A DNA stretch of 64,000 bases, from NCBI GenBank assembly GCA_964552475.1, contig CAZKFZ010000002.1, forward strand, positions 70,160 through 134,159. Reading direction: 5' to 3'. Below, piece by piece: positions 26,757 to 36,173 of this stretch; within the stretch, counting starts at the first letter, position 1, and each line of letters starts with the position of its first letter. This stretch comes from an uncultured Candidatus Saccharibacteria bacterium (GTDB taxonomy: Bacteria > Patescibacteriota > Saccharimonadia > CAILAD01 > BJGX01). The position numbers and the translations under genes were made by a program. The notes under the pieces were generated by a model. That model made no database searches, had not been told where the DNA came from, and was given only the letters and a program-made list of their open reading frames with translations.

Positions 26757-29222
26757 CTACTTTGTAACAAAATTAACCAAGCGTCCTGGCACAACAATTA
26801 CTTTTAGTATTTCGCTATTCCCCGTAATACTCTGTTCTTTATTGGTTTTGTGGGCAAATCGCTCGAGTTCTTCTGAGCCTGCCTCTGGCGCCACTACAAA
26901 CTCACCTCGTAATTTACCATTTACTTGTATAACAATAGTTACTACATCATCTTTCACTAACTCTGGGTTGTGCTTGGGCCAAGTTTGCAAATGCACACTC
27001 TCAACACCACCACTCATTGCCCAAATATCTTCGGCAATAAAAGGAGTAATAGGAGCAAGCATTAGGGCTAAAGTCTGAACTGTACGCTTAGCAAGTTGTT
27101 CAAAATTCTTTGCAACCAAGCGATTACGATTAACTGGTTCATTTAAAAAGTTAACTAACTCCATCAGTGAAGAAACAATGGTGTTGAAGTGGCGCCTCTC
27201 TATATCGTTATCTAGCCTTTTCAGGGTTTTGTGTACTCTACTATCAATTTGCGTCTCAAATACTTCATCTTCTGCAGAGTTCTCGATGTTAGGCTTTGAA
27301 GTTGTGCACATATCTTGAGTAAGTTCATAAACTCTATTCAAAAACCTATATACACCGGCTAGTTTTTGTTCATTCCACTCGATAGCTTGGTCGTAAGGAC
27401 CCATAAACATCTCGTACATTCTTAAAGCATCTGCACCATACTTTCTTATGACTTCATCGGGATTTACAACATTGCCTTTGCTTTTACTCATTTTTGTACC
27501 GTCGGCAGCCAATATCATGCCATGACTACGTCTTTTGGCATACGGCTCAGAAGTTGGCACAAACCCCTTGTCGTACAAAAACTTATGCCAAAAACGGCTA
27601 TAAAGAAGGTGAAGGGTGGTGTGTTCCATGCCACCATTGTACAAATCTACCATTAGCCAATATTTGAGTTTATCTGACGCTGCGAACTCTTTGGAGTTAT
27701 TTGGATCTATATAGCGCAAATAATACCAACTACTCCCCGCCCAATTAGGCATTGTGTCGGTTTCACGTTTTGCTTTGCCACCACACGTAGGGCAATCTAC
27801 ATTCACCCAATCAGTAATATTAGCAAGTGGGCTCTCTCCGGTATCGGTCGGTTCATAGCTATCAACATCTGGCAACACAACCGGCAATTGATCTTCGGGG
27901 ACTGGCACTACGCCACATTTGTCGCAATGAATTACTGGTATGGGCTCGCCCCAATAATGCTGACGAGAAAATATCCAGTCTCGAAGTTTATAGCTAACCT
28001 GTTTTTTAGCGACACCCTCTTCTTGTAGCCACCTTGTAATTGCTTTTTTGCCTTCTTCTACGCTAAGACCATCAAATTTATCTGAATTTATTAAATTACC
28101 ATCATCTATATGAGGTTCTTTAGCTACGTCTGGCCCATCGATTACTTGAGTGATATCAATGCCGAATTTTTTGGCAAACTCATAGTCGCGTTCATCGTGT
28201 GCTGGTACAGCCATAATAGCTCCTGTGCCATAGTCCATTAGAACATAATCGGCTATATATATAGGAATATTTTGTTTGGTAGCTGGGTTTGTAGCGTAGG
28301 CGCCAGTAAAGACTCCTGTCTTATTTTTTTCTTCCATTCTATTGATGTTGCTTTTTGAGTTGGCTTGTTTTGCGTAAGACTGAACTTCTTTTTTGTTGGC
28401 CTCAGATGAAATAACTTCTACAAGTGGGTGCTCTGGCGCCAATACCATAAATGTAGCTCCAAAAATCGTATCAGCCCTGGTAGTAAAGACATTTATCTTT
28501 TCATTATGTCCATCTATGGCAAAATCTATTTCTGCACCCTCACTACGGCCTATCCAATTTATCTGTTGATTGGCAATTTGTGGCAAATAATCAACAGTCT
28601 TTAAGTCTTCTATAAGCCTATCGGCATAGGCAGTAATCTTTAAAAGCCACTGTTTAAGAAGTTTTTTCTCTACTAATGTTCCGCATCGCTCGTGACGGCC
28701 ATTCACCACTTCTTCATTAGCTAATCCTGTCTTACATTTTGGACACCAATTAATTGCAATCTCTGCTTGGTATGCTAACCCATCTTTTAATAGCTGTAAG
28801 AATATCCATTGTGTCCACTTATAGTAGTTAGGGTCGGTAGTATTAATCTCTCTAGACCAGTCAAAACTAAAGCCAAGTTCTTGCATTTGGCGCTTAAAAG
28901 TAGCAATATTTTTGGCTGTGGCGTCGGCCGGCCGAACTTTATTTTTTATAGCGTAATTTTCTGTTGGCAAACCAAAGGCATCCCAACCCATTGGGTAGAG
29001 TACGTTTCTGCCCATCATACGCAACCTTCGAGCAATAATATCTTGGGCAGCATAACTTCGCACATGACCAGTATGCAAACCGTCACCCGATGGGTACGGA
29101 AACTCTACCAACACGTAGTATGGCTTGTTTGAACCCTCATTATCCTTAGCAGCATAAAGGTTACTATCTTGCCAAAGCTTGCGCCACTTGGGCTCTATTT
29201 TTGCTGGGTCATATTTTTTCAT
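26757..29222 (-). CDS. leuS: Leucine--tRNA ligase
   Basis: FPYPSG.GLHTGH, GWDAFGLP, KMSKSKGN, QVNGKLR. Confidence 0.98.
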   Translation of the reverse strand: MKKYDPAKIEPKWRKLWQDSNLYAAKDNEGSNKPYYVLVEFPYPSGDGLHTGHVRSYAAQDIIARRLRMMGRNVLYPMGWDAFGLPTENYAIKNKVRPADATAKNIATFKRQMQELGFSFDWSREINTTDPNYYKWTQWIFLQLLKDGLAYQAEIAINWCPKCKTGLANEEVVNGRHERCGTLVEKKLLKQWLLKITAYADRLIEDLKTVDYLPQIANQQINWIGRSEGAEIDFAIDGHNEKINVFTTRADTIFGATFMVLAPEHPLVEVISSEANKKEVQSYAKQANSKSNINRMEEKNKTGVFTGAYATNPATKQNIPIYIADYVLMDYGTGAIMAVPAHDERDYEFAKKFGIDITQVIDGPDVAKEPHIDDGNLINSDKFDGLSVEEGKKAITRWLQEEGVAKKQVSYKLRDWIFSRQHYWGEPIPVIHCDKCGVVPVPEDQLPVVLPDVDSYEPTDTGESPLANITDWVNVDCPTCGGKAKRETDTMPNWAGSSWYYLRYIDPNNSKEFAASDKLKYWLMVDLYNGGMEHTTLHLLYSRFWHKFLYDKGFVPTSEPYAKRRSHGMILAADGTKMSKSKGNVVNPDEVIRKYGADALRMYEMFMGPYDQAIEWNEQKLAGVYRFLNRVYELTQDMCTTSKPNIENSAEDEVFETQIDSRVHKTLKRLDNDIERRHFNTIVSSLMELVNFLNEPVNRNRLVAKNFEQLAKRTVQTLALMLAPITPFIAEDIWAMSGGVESVHLQTWPKHNPELVKDDVVTIVIQVNGKLRGEFVVAPEAGSEELERFAHKTNKEQSITGNSEILKVIVVPGRLVNFVTK

Positions 29223-29298
29223 ATTCTTTATTTTACCTTATTTGAAGGTAATTTGTATTGATTGATAATTGTAAAAAATAAACAAATAGTGTTCGAGC

Positions 29299-29339
29299 GC
29301 GGCCCTACCAAAGCGATGTTCAGCGCTTTGGTAGGGCCG
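29299..29339. repeat. Long perfect hairpin after the small-ORF unit, before leuS
   Basis: CGGCCCTACCAAAGCG ... CGCTTTGGTAGGGCCG (16-bp stem), with no immediate U-tract on the minus strand. Confidence 0.75.
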
Positions 29340-29364
29340 ATGCCCGCAAGGGAATTAAGCGACC

Positions 29365-29622
29365 CTACAGATGATGTTCAGCATCTTTGGGTCTAGGAAC
29401 AGCTCGTACAATACGAATTTGTATTTGTACTGGCTCGTTAGGTAATTTAATACCAAGGGTTCGACCAAACTTACTACTTAGGTCGGTTACCATCATCTCT
29501 ACCGCTCTAAATATTTGGTAACCAAGTGGCTTACGATGATCTAGGTCAAATTCTGCAGTTGCCACCAATCTGTCGGAGTGAATTTCTGGACGTAGATCAC
29601 GCATAACAATTTGTTTAGGCAT
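29365..29622 (-). CDS. Hypothetical protein, 85 aa (second gene of attenuated unit 1)
   Basis: Start overlaps the upstream stop (ATGCCTAA). Confidence 0.6.
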   Translation of the reverse strand: MPKQIVMRDLRPEIHSDRLVATAEFDLDHRKPLGYQIFRAVEMMVTDLSSKFGRTLGIKLPNEPVQIQIRIVRAVPRPKDAEHHL

Positions 29623-29779
29623 ACGGCATTATACCGTCGGGCAGCTCTTTGCTATAACTAGGCTTAACTCTAGTTACTACAAAAACCGCACTTTCGGCCT
29701 GATCTCTCACTACCTTATCAGAAGCATTGATGTCGGTTGCCTTATTAGGTTCTTCGGTTGGCAATACTTGAGTGGTCAT
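29615..29779 (-). CDS. Hypothetical protein, 54 aa (first gene of attenuated unit 1; not in ORF track)
   Basis: AGAGGA SD; MTTQVLPTEEPNKATDINASDKVVRDQAESAVFVVTRVKPSYSKELPDGIMPYA*. Confidence 0.6.
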   Translation of the reverse strand: MTTQVLPTEEPNKATDINASDKVVRDQAESAVFVVTRVKPSYSKELPDGIMPYA

Positions 29780-29819
29780 TGCTGTCCTCTTTTTTTGAGG
29801 GTACGATTATTTCCCTTTT

Positions 29820-30015
29820 CGGCCTCGAATTGTTTCGAAACCGATTTTGAAAAACAAAAAACCGCCGATAGTTTCGACGGTTTGGATATTGCTTTTGGTA
29901 AATTATTTTAGCTTACAGAAATCCCAACCGTCTTCGGCAGAAGTAGAACTAGTAGGTTTAGGATATTAATTCGTTTCACATTCAAAATATTAACAATCTC
30001 ATTAGCTAATGTCAA
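29820..30015 (-). promoter_or_regulatory. Leu/Ile/Val-type attenuator 1, leader peptide MKRINILNLLVLLLPKTVGISVS (29908-29979)
   Basis: TTGACA(30010-15)-17-TAATAT; leaderless GTG; CTA-rich Leu run; GACGGTT in the leader can pair with AACCGTC of terminator AAACCGTCGA..TCGGCGGTTTTTTGTTTTT. Confidence 0.75.
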
Positions 30016-30045
30016 GTTTTTTTTTATAGAACAAACTAAAAGTTA

Positions 30046-30080
30046 ATCGCCCTATCCTAAAAAATATAGGATAGGGCGAT
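30046..30080. terminator. Hairpin ending attenuated unit 2
   Basis: ATCGCCCTATCCTA...TAGGATAGGGCGAT perfect inverted repeat. Confidence 0.65.
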
Positions 30081-30102
30081 GTTGTTGAGTATTTTGTCAT
30101 TC

Positions 30103-30243
30103 TTAGGATGACTCGTAACTCTCGTTGCGAATATCTAATACAAAAGTGTATCGACCAGGCAACTGTCTAAATGGTGGTTTAGACTTATCTGTCTTGTCTA
30201 CATTTTTTGGTGGCTTTTCTTGCGCTTTTGGATTATTGGCCAT
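30103..30243 (-). CDS. Hypothetical protein, 46 aa (second gene of attenuated unit 2; not in ORF track)
   Basis: MANNPKAQEKPPKNVDKTDKSKPPFRQLPGRYTFVLDIRNESYESS*; overlaps the upstream stop. Confidence 0.45.
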   Translation of the reverse strand: MANNPKAQEKPPKNVDKTDKSKPPFRQLPGRYTFVLDIRNESYESS

Positions 30244-30553
30244 TGGTATCACCCTGCCTTTCAGGTAACATTCTAAGGTCGACCGTCACGCGGTACGAAA
30301 CTTGGCTATTGGTATCACTCAAAATACCAGACCTATCTTCTTCATATTGCCATTTGTGCGCTAGTTCGGCTAGTGAACTGGCAGCCACAGAAAATGCTCT
30401 GTAAATGTCTGCTCTACTAGGGTGTTCTGGTAGCGTTACTACACACTGATACAAACCGTGTGCTCGACCAGTTTTTACATCGGCAGTAATCGAACGATGT
30501 GGATGATCGACATCTGGAAGATTGTGGGTAGCGAAGTTTGAAAAACTAGACAT
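30233..30553 (-). CDS. Hypothetical protein, 106 aa (first gene of attenuated unit 2)
   Basis: GAGAGGA SD; follows the attenuator. Confidence 0.65.
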   Translation of the reverse strand: MSSFSNFATHNLPDVDHPHRSITADVKTGRAHGLYQCVVTLPEHPSRADIYRAFSVAASSLAELAHKWQYEEDRSGILSDTNSQVSYRVTVDLRMLPERQGDTNGQ

Positions 30554-30588
30554 TGTTTCCTCTCATAAGGTGCGATTGTGTTTCTTGA

Positions 30589-30787
30589 CGATGTAGAATG
30601 GTTTCTACACCGATTCAGAAAAACAAAAAACCGCCTCTTTTGGCGGTTTCATTGGTATTCTTTGTTTTTTCTTATATAGCTAGCTAACCGCCTCGGAGTG
30701 AGTGATTTTAATAATTGAAACAATAATGTTTTTAGTAACAAAAGACTTCATGAGCACAAGTATCGCAAAATAAAACTGCTGTGTCAA
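30589..30787 (-). promoter_or_regulatory. Ile/Val-type attenuator 2, leader peptide MKSFVTKNIIVSIIKITHSEAVS (30680-30751)
   Basis: TTGACA(30782-87)-17-GATACT; leaderless ATG; GGCGGTT in the leader can pair with AACCGCC of terminator AAACCGCC-AAAAGA-GGCGGTTTTTTGTTTTT. Confidence 0.75.
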
Positions 30788-31449
30788 GACGGCTTGGTAA
30801 AAATAGCCAGGTAGTTGAAGTAGCGAAAAAATCTCTCTGTAGTAATTTTTTGCCTGGCATTATACTCTTCTGGCTTATCAATTGGATCGGTGTAGTAAAA
30901 ATAGTCGTGGGTGTTGTTTTTTTGATAACCGTTTAAAACAATTTGATGATTTTCACCATGGTCGTCAAAGTTGAGTTTAACACTTACTATTACTGGACAA
31001 TTGTGGCGAAAACTCTCTATAAGGCTATTTTTGACTTTATCATTTAGTTCATCAATACTATCTTCATTTTTAACCTGCATATTTAGCTCACTCTCTTGTT
31101 CTATAGAATAGTCTTCGTTTCTTGCTAACTTGGTAGGATTAGGATTTTCTATATTCCAATTTCTACGCCACGGTATATAGCCTAGTTTCTTAAGATAATC
31201 GACTTGAGCCGAGTGAAGCCAGTTACTGTCTCTATTAAGACCATTGTGAGCTAGTAGCCACTCTCGTATTTCGACAAGTTTAATAGATTTATCACTAGAC
31301 GGTGGCAAATAATCAATAACTATCTTCATAGCAGCAATTGCACAAATTTTACGAGCTTCTTGCGCTGGAATATGATGCTCCGGATCTTCTTGCCAAACGT
31401 GATTAACATTAAGATATATGTCTTGAAAGTCTAAATTTGAATTTTTCAT
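30784..31449 (-). CDS. C39-like cysteine peptidase
   Basis: CAIAAMK, PVIVSV, HQIVLNGY, YTDP (Cys-His-Asp triad). Confidence 0.7.
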   Translation of the reverse strand: MKNSNLDFQDIYLNVNHVWQEDPEHHIPAQEARKICAIAAMKIVIDYLPPSSDKSIKLVEIREWLLAHNGLNRDSNWLHSAQVDYLKKLGYIPWRRNWNIENPNPTKLARNEDYSIEQESELNMQVKNEDSIDELNDKVKNSLIESFRHNCPVIVSVKLNFDDHGENHQIVLNGYQKNNTHDYFYYTDPIDKPEEYNARQKITTERFFRYFNYLAIFTKPS

Positions 31450-31465
31450 ATTTTAGATAGAGTAG

Positions 31466-32737
31466 TTATAGCGAAAATGATTTTTTCTTACGTCGTTTCC
31501 AAACCGAAGACTGTCTAACCAAAACCTCTTCGGCATTGGTTTGTGGGTCGAGAAGTATTCTAGTAACTTCTTCGGTGTAAACCCCAGATTGACTGCCTTT
31601 CACAAGTATAACATCGCCTTTTTTTATTACTCCTTTTAGGTAGTGACCGGCCTCATATGGGGTTCTAAAAACCTTGATTTGGTCATTTTTTAAACCGCCA
31701 TGGGCTGCGGCAGGCGCCATTACCTCTTCTGCAGATTTACCAACCGTCACCAGTAAATCAACTACTTTTGCAGCCATTGTACCTACTTCTTGATGAGCAG
31801 GCGTAGATTGGTCGCCTAATTCATTCATACTACCAAGCACAGCAATGTGTCGTCCCTTCAATTCTTTTAAGGTATTAAGAGCCGATATGGCAGCGTCTGG
31901 ACTTGAGTTGTAGCTATCATCTATTATGCGAGTACCTTCAATACCTCTTAGTAAGTTCATTCGGCCAGACACTGGTTCTACGTGAGATAGTTCAAAACAT
32001 ATTGCTTCAAAAGGTATTTGTAGCTCGTGTCCTACTGCAGCGGCGGCCAAAAGACTATAGAGATTTTGCACCCCTATCATTCTTGTGTGAATAGTGTGTT
32101 TGTTTTTGCCTATTTTTAGGCTTGCTTGCAAACAACCATTTTTACTACGTTTGATATTCTCAAACCGTATGGCGCCATGCTTTATGCCAAAGCCAATGGT
32201 GCCGGTTTTATAGGCCTTTTTTCGTAGTTCTTTACTATCGGCATTGTAGATAATTTTATTAGCATTAGCAGCTGTTTGCCAGTTGTAATGCACTACGGTT
32301 TTCATATCTTTTAGAAACTCCATATGTACCGGTGCAATCGCCGATATTACTCCAATATCTAACTTTACAATTTGTAGGACTTTTTTCATCATTACAAACT
32401 CGTCGTCGGCTAATTCTAGCACAACAGTGTCGAACTTATAATGCGCAATTTCGTTATCTATTTGGGTAAATATTTTCTTCCAGGCACGTGGATCCCATAG
32501 TTTGGCAGGCACTTTTAGCCCAAATAAACTTAGTGGAATTCCAATATCAGTATTGTAGCTGTCTACCGAGTAACGAACTTTTCTGGTTGCACTCAATACT
32601 TGACCAATAGCTAACTTAGTAGATGTTTTACCCACACTACCTGTTACGCCAATAATAGTTATTTTGTGACTACTTAGTAATTTGCGAACTTTTGTATTAA
32701 GCCGAGAAATTATTATTTTTTTAGCAATGCTTTTCAT
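31466..32737 (-). CDS. murF: UDP-N-acetylmuramoyl-tripeptide--D-Ala-D-Ala ligase
   Basis: GVTGSVGKTSTK, IDDSYNSSP, VLGSMNELG, LVKGS. Confidence 0.92.
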   Translation of the reverse strand: MKSIAKKIIISRLNTKVRKLLSSHKITIIGVTGSVGKTSTKLAIGQVLSATRKVRYSVDSYNTDIGIPLSLFGLKVPAKLWDPRAWKKIFTQIDNEIAHYKFDTVVLELADDEFVMMKKVLQIVKLDIGVISAIAPVHMEFLKDMKTVVHYNWQTAANANKIIYNADSKELRKKAYKTGTIGFGIKHGAIRFENIKRSKNGCLQASLKIGKNKHTIHTRMIGVQNLYSLLAAAAVGHELQIPFEAICFELSHVEPVSGRMNLLRGIEGTRIIDDSYNSSPDAAISALNTLKELKGRHIAVLGSMNELGDQSTPAHQEVGTMAAKVVDLLVTVGKSAEEVMAPAAAHGGLKNDQIKVFRTPYEAGHYLKGVIKKGDVILVKGSQSGVYTEEVTRILLDPQTNAEEVLVRQSSVWKRRKKKSFSL

Positions 32738-32822
32738 AATTGATACTACATAGTCTAGCAGAATAAGAATTGATATTCGAATAAAAAAATGCCTATATAT
32801 TTTATATGGGCATTTGTTGGTG

Positions 32823-33380
32823 TTATTTTAGAATAGACTTTAGTACCCTAGGGTAAAGCACTCTTTCTTTTTGCTTGATTCTCTCATGTAAAGTTTCTTC
32901 GGTGTCGGTTGCTATAATACTCACTTCAGCTTGGGCTAGTACCTCGCCAGTATCTACCTTGGCAGTAGCTATATGAATTGTGCAGCCAGTTTTATCTACT
33001 CCAGAAGCAAGTGCTTGCTCTACTGCATTATGGCCTTTGAAATCAGGTAGTAAAGAGGGGTGCGAGTTTATTATTATACCCTTATAGGTTTTGAAAAAAT
33101 CTGCCGACAATATTGTCATAAACCCAGCCATTGCAATAACGTTAATATCGTACTCAGTTACTATTTTGAATAACTTCTAACAATAAAGCTTTCTGTCAAA
33201 AGACTTACTGAAGTCGGTACGTTCTAATATGATAGTTTTTATATTACTTTTTCTTGCAATATCGATCGCTCTGCATGGCCTGTCGGCAACAACCAGCTCA
33301 ATTAGTAACCCGCTATCGATGATTGCCTTGAGTAAACTGCCTGTTCCAGATGCGAAGACTGCTAGGTGTTTTTGGGTCAT
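32823..33380 (-). pseudogene. purN: Phosphoribosylglycinamide formyltransferase interrupted by one in-frame TAG (33177-33179)
   Basis: VFASGTGS...DRKLYC*KLFKIVTEYDINVIAMAGFM...NSHPSLLP..GCTIH; both ORF pieces are in the same frame. Confidence 0.85.
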
Positions 33381-33458
33381 AGTTATGTGTTTTCTTTCGG
33401 AATTTAGCCATAATTAGTATAAAAAACCCCGACGTGATTGTCGAGGTTGGCCTATCTT

Positions 33459-34238
33459 TTAAGTATGAAAGAACATTAGTGCGTACAGTAGATATTCGTA
33501 AGCTTCAATTATATCTAGCTTTCCTTGGTCGTCTCTAAGCTTACCCTGGGCATCAATGCATAGCTCAGGATATATAGAGAAGAGTCTTCCAAGGCTAAGT
33601 ACGTTGACACTACAAAGACCACCGGCTACACCTATTCCAAACCATTCGTGTAGGTTGAGATTAGTCAGGTGACTTATGTAGCTTTGGCAGAGTTCTATAT
33701 CTAGATCTACACCAACACCACCGCTCATATCAAATAGTACGTAATCTATGAGCTCTTTGTATTCAATACTAAGCTTTTGAGCTAGACGACCAATATCGCC
33801 ATTAAGCTCTTCAAAAGCTTGTTTGCCAATTTGTAATACAATTACGGCATCTGGGTAGTGTTTTCTAAACTCTACTAGCTCGCCTGGGTCTGGCCAAGCA
33901 ATATTGAGCTGAAAACCCTGGCAATTAGGGCCACCCCACTTCATAGCTTCTACCAACTGACTAGCTAAGTCTGTGGTGTCGTGAGTATTGTAGTGAAGTA
34001 GATTTAGTGCAACATTGTGATCGGTAAATATCGTTGCGATATCTTCTCGTTTAGGAAAGCTATGTGGGTGCTTATTTAGTTTTCCGCCCAGGGTAGTGTC
34101 GCTAATTAATACACCGACCATTACTTTGGCGTCAAGACCAATGCCCTCAAAGCCATTTAAAAGCTCATTTACTTCTTCCCTATTCATAAAACCAGTGACA
34201 CCAACGTAGGGTAGATGAGTGATTGTTTTTGGGCTCAC
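33459..34238 (-). CDS. TrpF/PRAI-like TIM-barrel protein
   Basis: VGVTG, FQLN, VLFDMSGGVG, GVAGGL, IDAQGKLR resemble the phosphate-binding TIM barrel of PRAI. Confidence 0.55.
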   Translation of the reverse strand: MSPKTITHLPYVGVTGFMNREEVNELLNGFEGIGLDAKVMVGVLISDTTLGGKLNKHPHSFPKREDIATIFTDHNVALNLLHYNTHDTTDLASQLVEAMKWGGPNCQGFQLNIAWPDPGELVEFRKHYPDAVIVLQIGKQAFEELNGDIGRLAQKLSIEYKELIDYVLFDMSGGVGVDLDIELCQSYISHLTNLNLHEWFGIGVAGGLCSVNVLSLGRLFSIYPELCIDAQGKLRDDQGKLDIIEAYEYLLYALMFFHT

Positions 34239-34324
34239 AGTAAAATACCTATCTTATAGAAGGTGCAATTACAGGCAATAGTTTACTGTTGAACCCACCC
34301 AGTAGTCAATCGTAAGTATTATGA

Positions 34325-34774
34325 TTATTTCTTTTTGTTATTAGTTTTTTCGGCCTTTTCTTCTTTTTTTGCTTCGGCTTCGGCTTCTTTTTCACGTTTT
34401 TTCTTGTCTATGTCTATTCTATCAAGACGCAAGAACTTAAAACCAAAATAAACCACAGCAGCAATTACAAAAAAGTCTATTAGAGATGAAACAAAGTTAC
34501 CCCAAGCAACTGTTGCTGTTCCTAGTTTAAAAGTTGCTGTAGTAAGGTTTACTTTTCCTAAGAACAAACCCAATATTGGGTTGATAATATCTACTACAAA
34601 CGAGTTTACTAGCTTAGTTACTGCTCCACCAATTATAAAACCTACAGCGAGAGTTACTACACCTTGTTCTCTTATAAAATCAAAGAATCCACTGGTTTGT
34701 TGACCAGCTGCTTCTCGGGCTTTTTGGGCCGCACTCTTGGTAGTTTTGGTTATGATATCCATCTTTTCTTTCAT
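34325..34774 (-). CDS. mscL: Large-conductance mechanosensitive channel
   Basis: FIREQGVVTLAVGFIIGGA..KLVNSFV.DII.P, WGNF...IDF. Confidence 0.9.
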   Translation of the reverse strand: MKEKMDIITKTTKSAAQKAREAAGQQTSGFFDFIREQGVVTLAVGFIIGGAVTKLVNSFVVDIINPILGLFLGKVNLTTATFKLGTATVAWGNFVSSLIDFFVIAAVVYFGFKFLRLDRIDIDKKKREKEAEAEAKKEEKAEKTNNKKK

Positions 34775-34855
34775 ACTTATTATACAACGTATCTAATAAA
34801 AAATCGTGACTTTTTTATTAGTAAAAACCCGCCAAGGCGGCGGGTTAAAAAAAGT

Positions 34856-35011
34856 TTAAAAACTAGATTCACTGAAATCTGGTGAAGCATTAGACCTTCT
34901 ATAAAGAGTATCCTCTTCTCTTGGGCCAGTGTCTTCTAAGAAAGTCATAATTAAACAATATGCAGGCAAACCAAGAAGTACCAGTGTAGATAAGAGAATT
35001 AGCTGTGTCAT
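34856..35011 (-). CDS. Small single-TM protein, 51 aa
   Basis: AAAGGAG SD before MTQLILLSTLVLLGLPAYCLIMTF; terminator AACCCGCC..GGCGGGTTTTT follows. Confidence 0.55.
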   Translation of the reverse strand: MTQLILLSTLVLLGLPAYCLIMTFLEDTGPREEDTLYRRSNASPDFSESSF

Positions 35012-35136
35012 AACACACTCCTTTTGCGGTGTTATTTTAAACGCTTGATTAAACTTTAACCAAGTACAACCTAGATTAACATTAACTGATACTGTTTTCA
35101 ATTATAAAAGACCCTCACAAAGAGAGTCTTTTATAG

Positions 35137-35213
<77 letters not shown>

Positions 35214-35402
35214 TCGTCCAAATAGTATTATCGTTTTTTGCAAAATAAAAATATATTTTGCTCCATATAGCATACTATTTCTCCTCTCGATTTACGAAAC
35301 AGCATTGCTTGGTTTCATAAATCGGTTCAGAAAAAGAATAAGAATAGCTAATAATCAATAATATTAGACATACAGAACTATACCTTAAAACGGTGTAAAA
35401 AT

Positions 35403-35606
35403 CTAGAAAGCCCGCAAGATTATGTTAAATAAATAAACCACCACTATCACTGCCAAACTACCTACTAAAAATCCTATAAATATGCCGAAGCCTAGTCTAA
35501 AACCATCACGATAAGTGTAGTGTGCTGCTCTAGTGATATCGTCGGCAGCTAGCTCTTTTTTAAAATATTCTTGGTTGTTTTTGGGGTGACGTGGCTTATC
35601 TTCCAT
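35403..35606 (-). CDS. Small membrane protein
   Basis: C-terminal TM with GFRLGFGIFIG; closely follows the upstream gene. Confidence 0.6.
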   Translation of the reverse strand: MEDKPRHPKNNQEYFKKELAADDITRAAHYTYRDGFRLGFGIFIGFLVGSLAVIVVVYLFNIILRAF

Positions 35607-35612
35607 TAATAC

Positions 35613-36173
35613 TTATTGTACCACTTTTGTAGCCAATAGAACCACGTGCTTAGTACTACGTTTAATAATTTTGTAGTTGCCAAAAACTTGCTTCATTTGC
35701 CTAGCTACCCAGGGTTTTAGGCGTGCTTCTACCACTATTAGTAAGTTCCCGCCGTTGTTTAGTTTTTCAAAACTTTGAGCTATCATTTGTTCTACCACTT
35801 CTCTACCGCGATGGGTGGGTGGGTTTGAGACAACTAGATCTAGTAAAGTATTATCATTTAATTCTAAAAATCCATGGCTGGCAATTACTTCAATATTATC
35901 TAAATTATTGAGCTTAGCATTGATACTAGCGATTTTAACAGCACCAATATCAGAATCTAGGCAAATAACTCTACTACTTGGGTTGCTTTTGGCCAACCAT
36001 AGACCAATAGCACCCCAACCACAACCCCAATCAACTGCAGTCTGATAGACTAAGTTTTGTTTACTTACACTTTCTAAAAGTAACTTGGTACCAATATCTA
36101 GGCCTTTTGGCGAAAATAAATCTGGCAATGTTTCGCACCGTAATTTTGTTCCCGTAATTTCAAACTCTACCAT
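35613..36173 (-). CDS. RsmC/MTS-family SAM methyltransferase
   Basis: LFS..GLD.GT.LL, DWGCGWG, SNPP.H.G. Confidence 0.88.
   Translation of the reverse strand: MVEFEITGTKLRCETLPDLFSPKGLDIGTKLLLESVSKQNLVYQTAVDWGCGWGAIGLWLAKSNPSSRVICLDSDIGAVKIASINAKLNNLDNIEVIASHGFLELNDNTLLDLVVSNPPTHRGREVVEQMIAQSFEKLNNGGNLLIVVEARLKPWVARQMKQVFGNYKIIKRSTKHVVLLATKVVQ

Noticed and set aside
29223-30015. T-box riboswitch for leuS
   Set aside because: No GGTGGNACCGCG T-box sequence; leuS has its own -10 close to the ATG. Read-through from attenuator 1 into leuS remains possible but unproven
33177-33179. Genome-wide stop-codon reassignment (code 25 or amber recoding)
   Set aside because: Conserved genes translate full-length in code 11, and TAG and TGA end genes at expected positions
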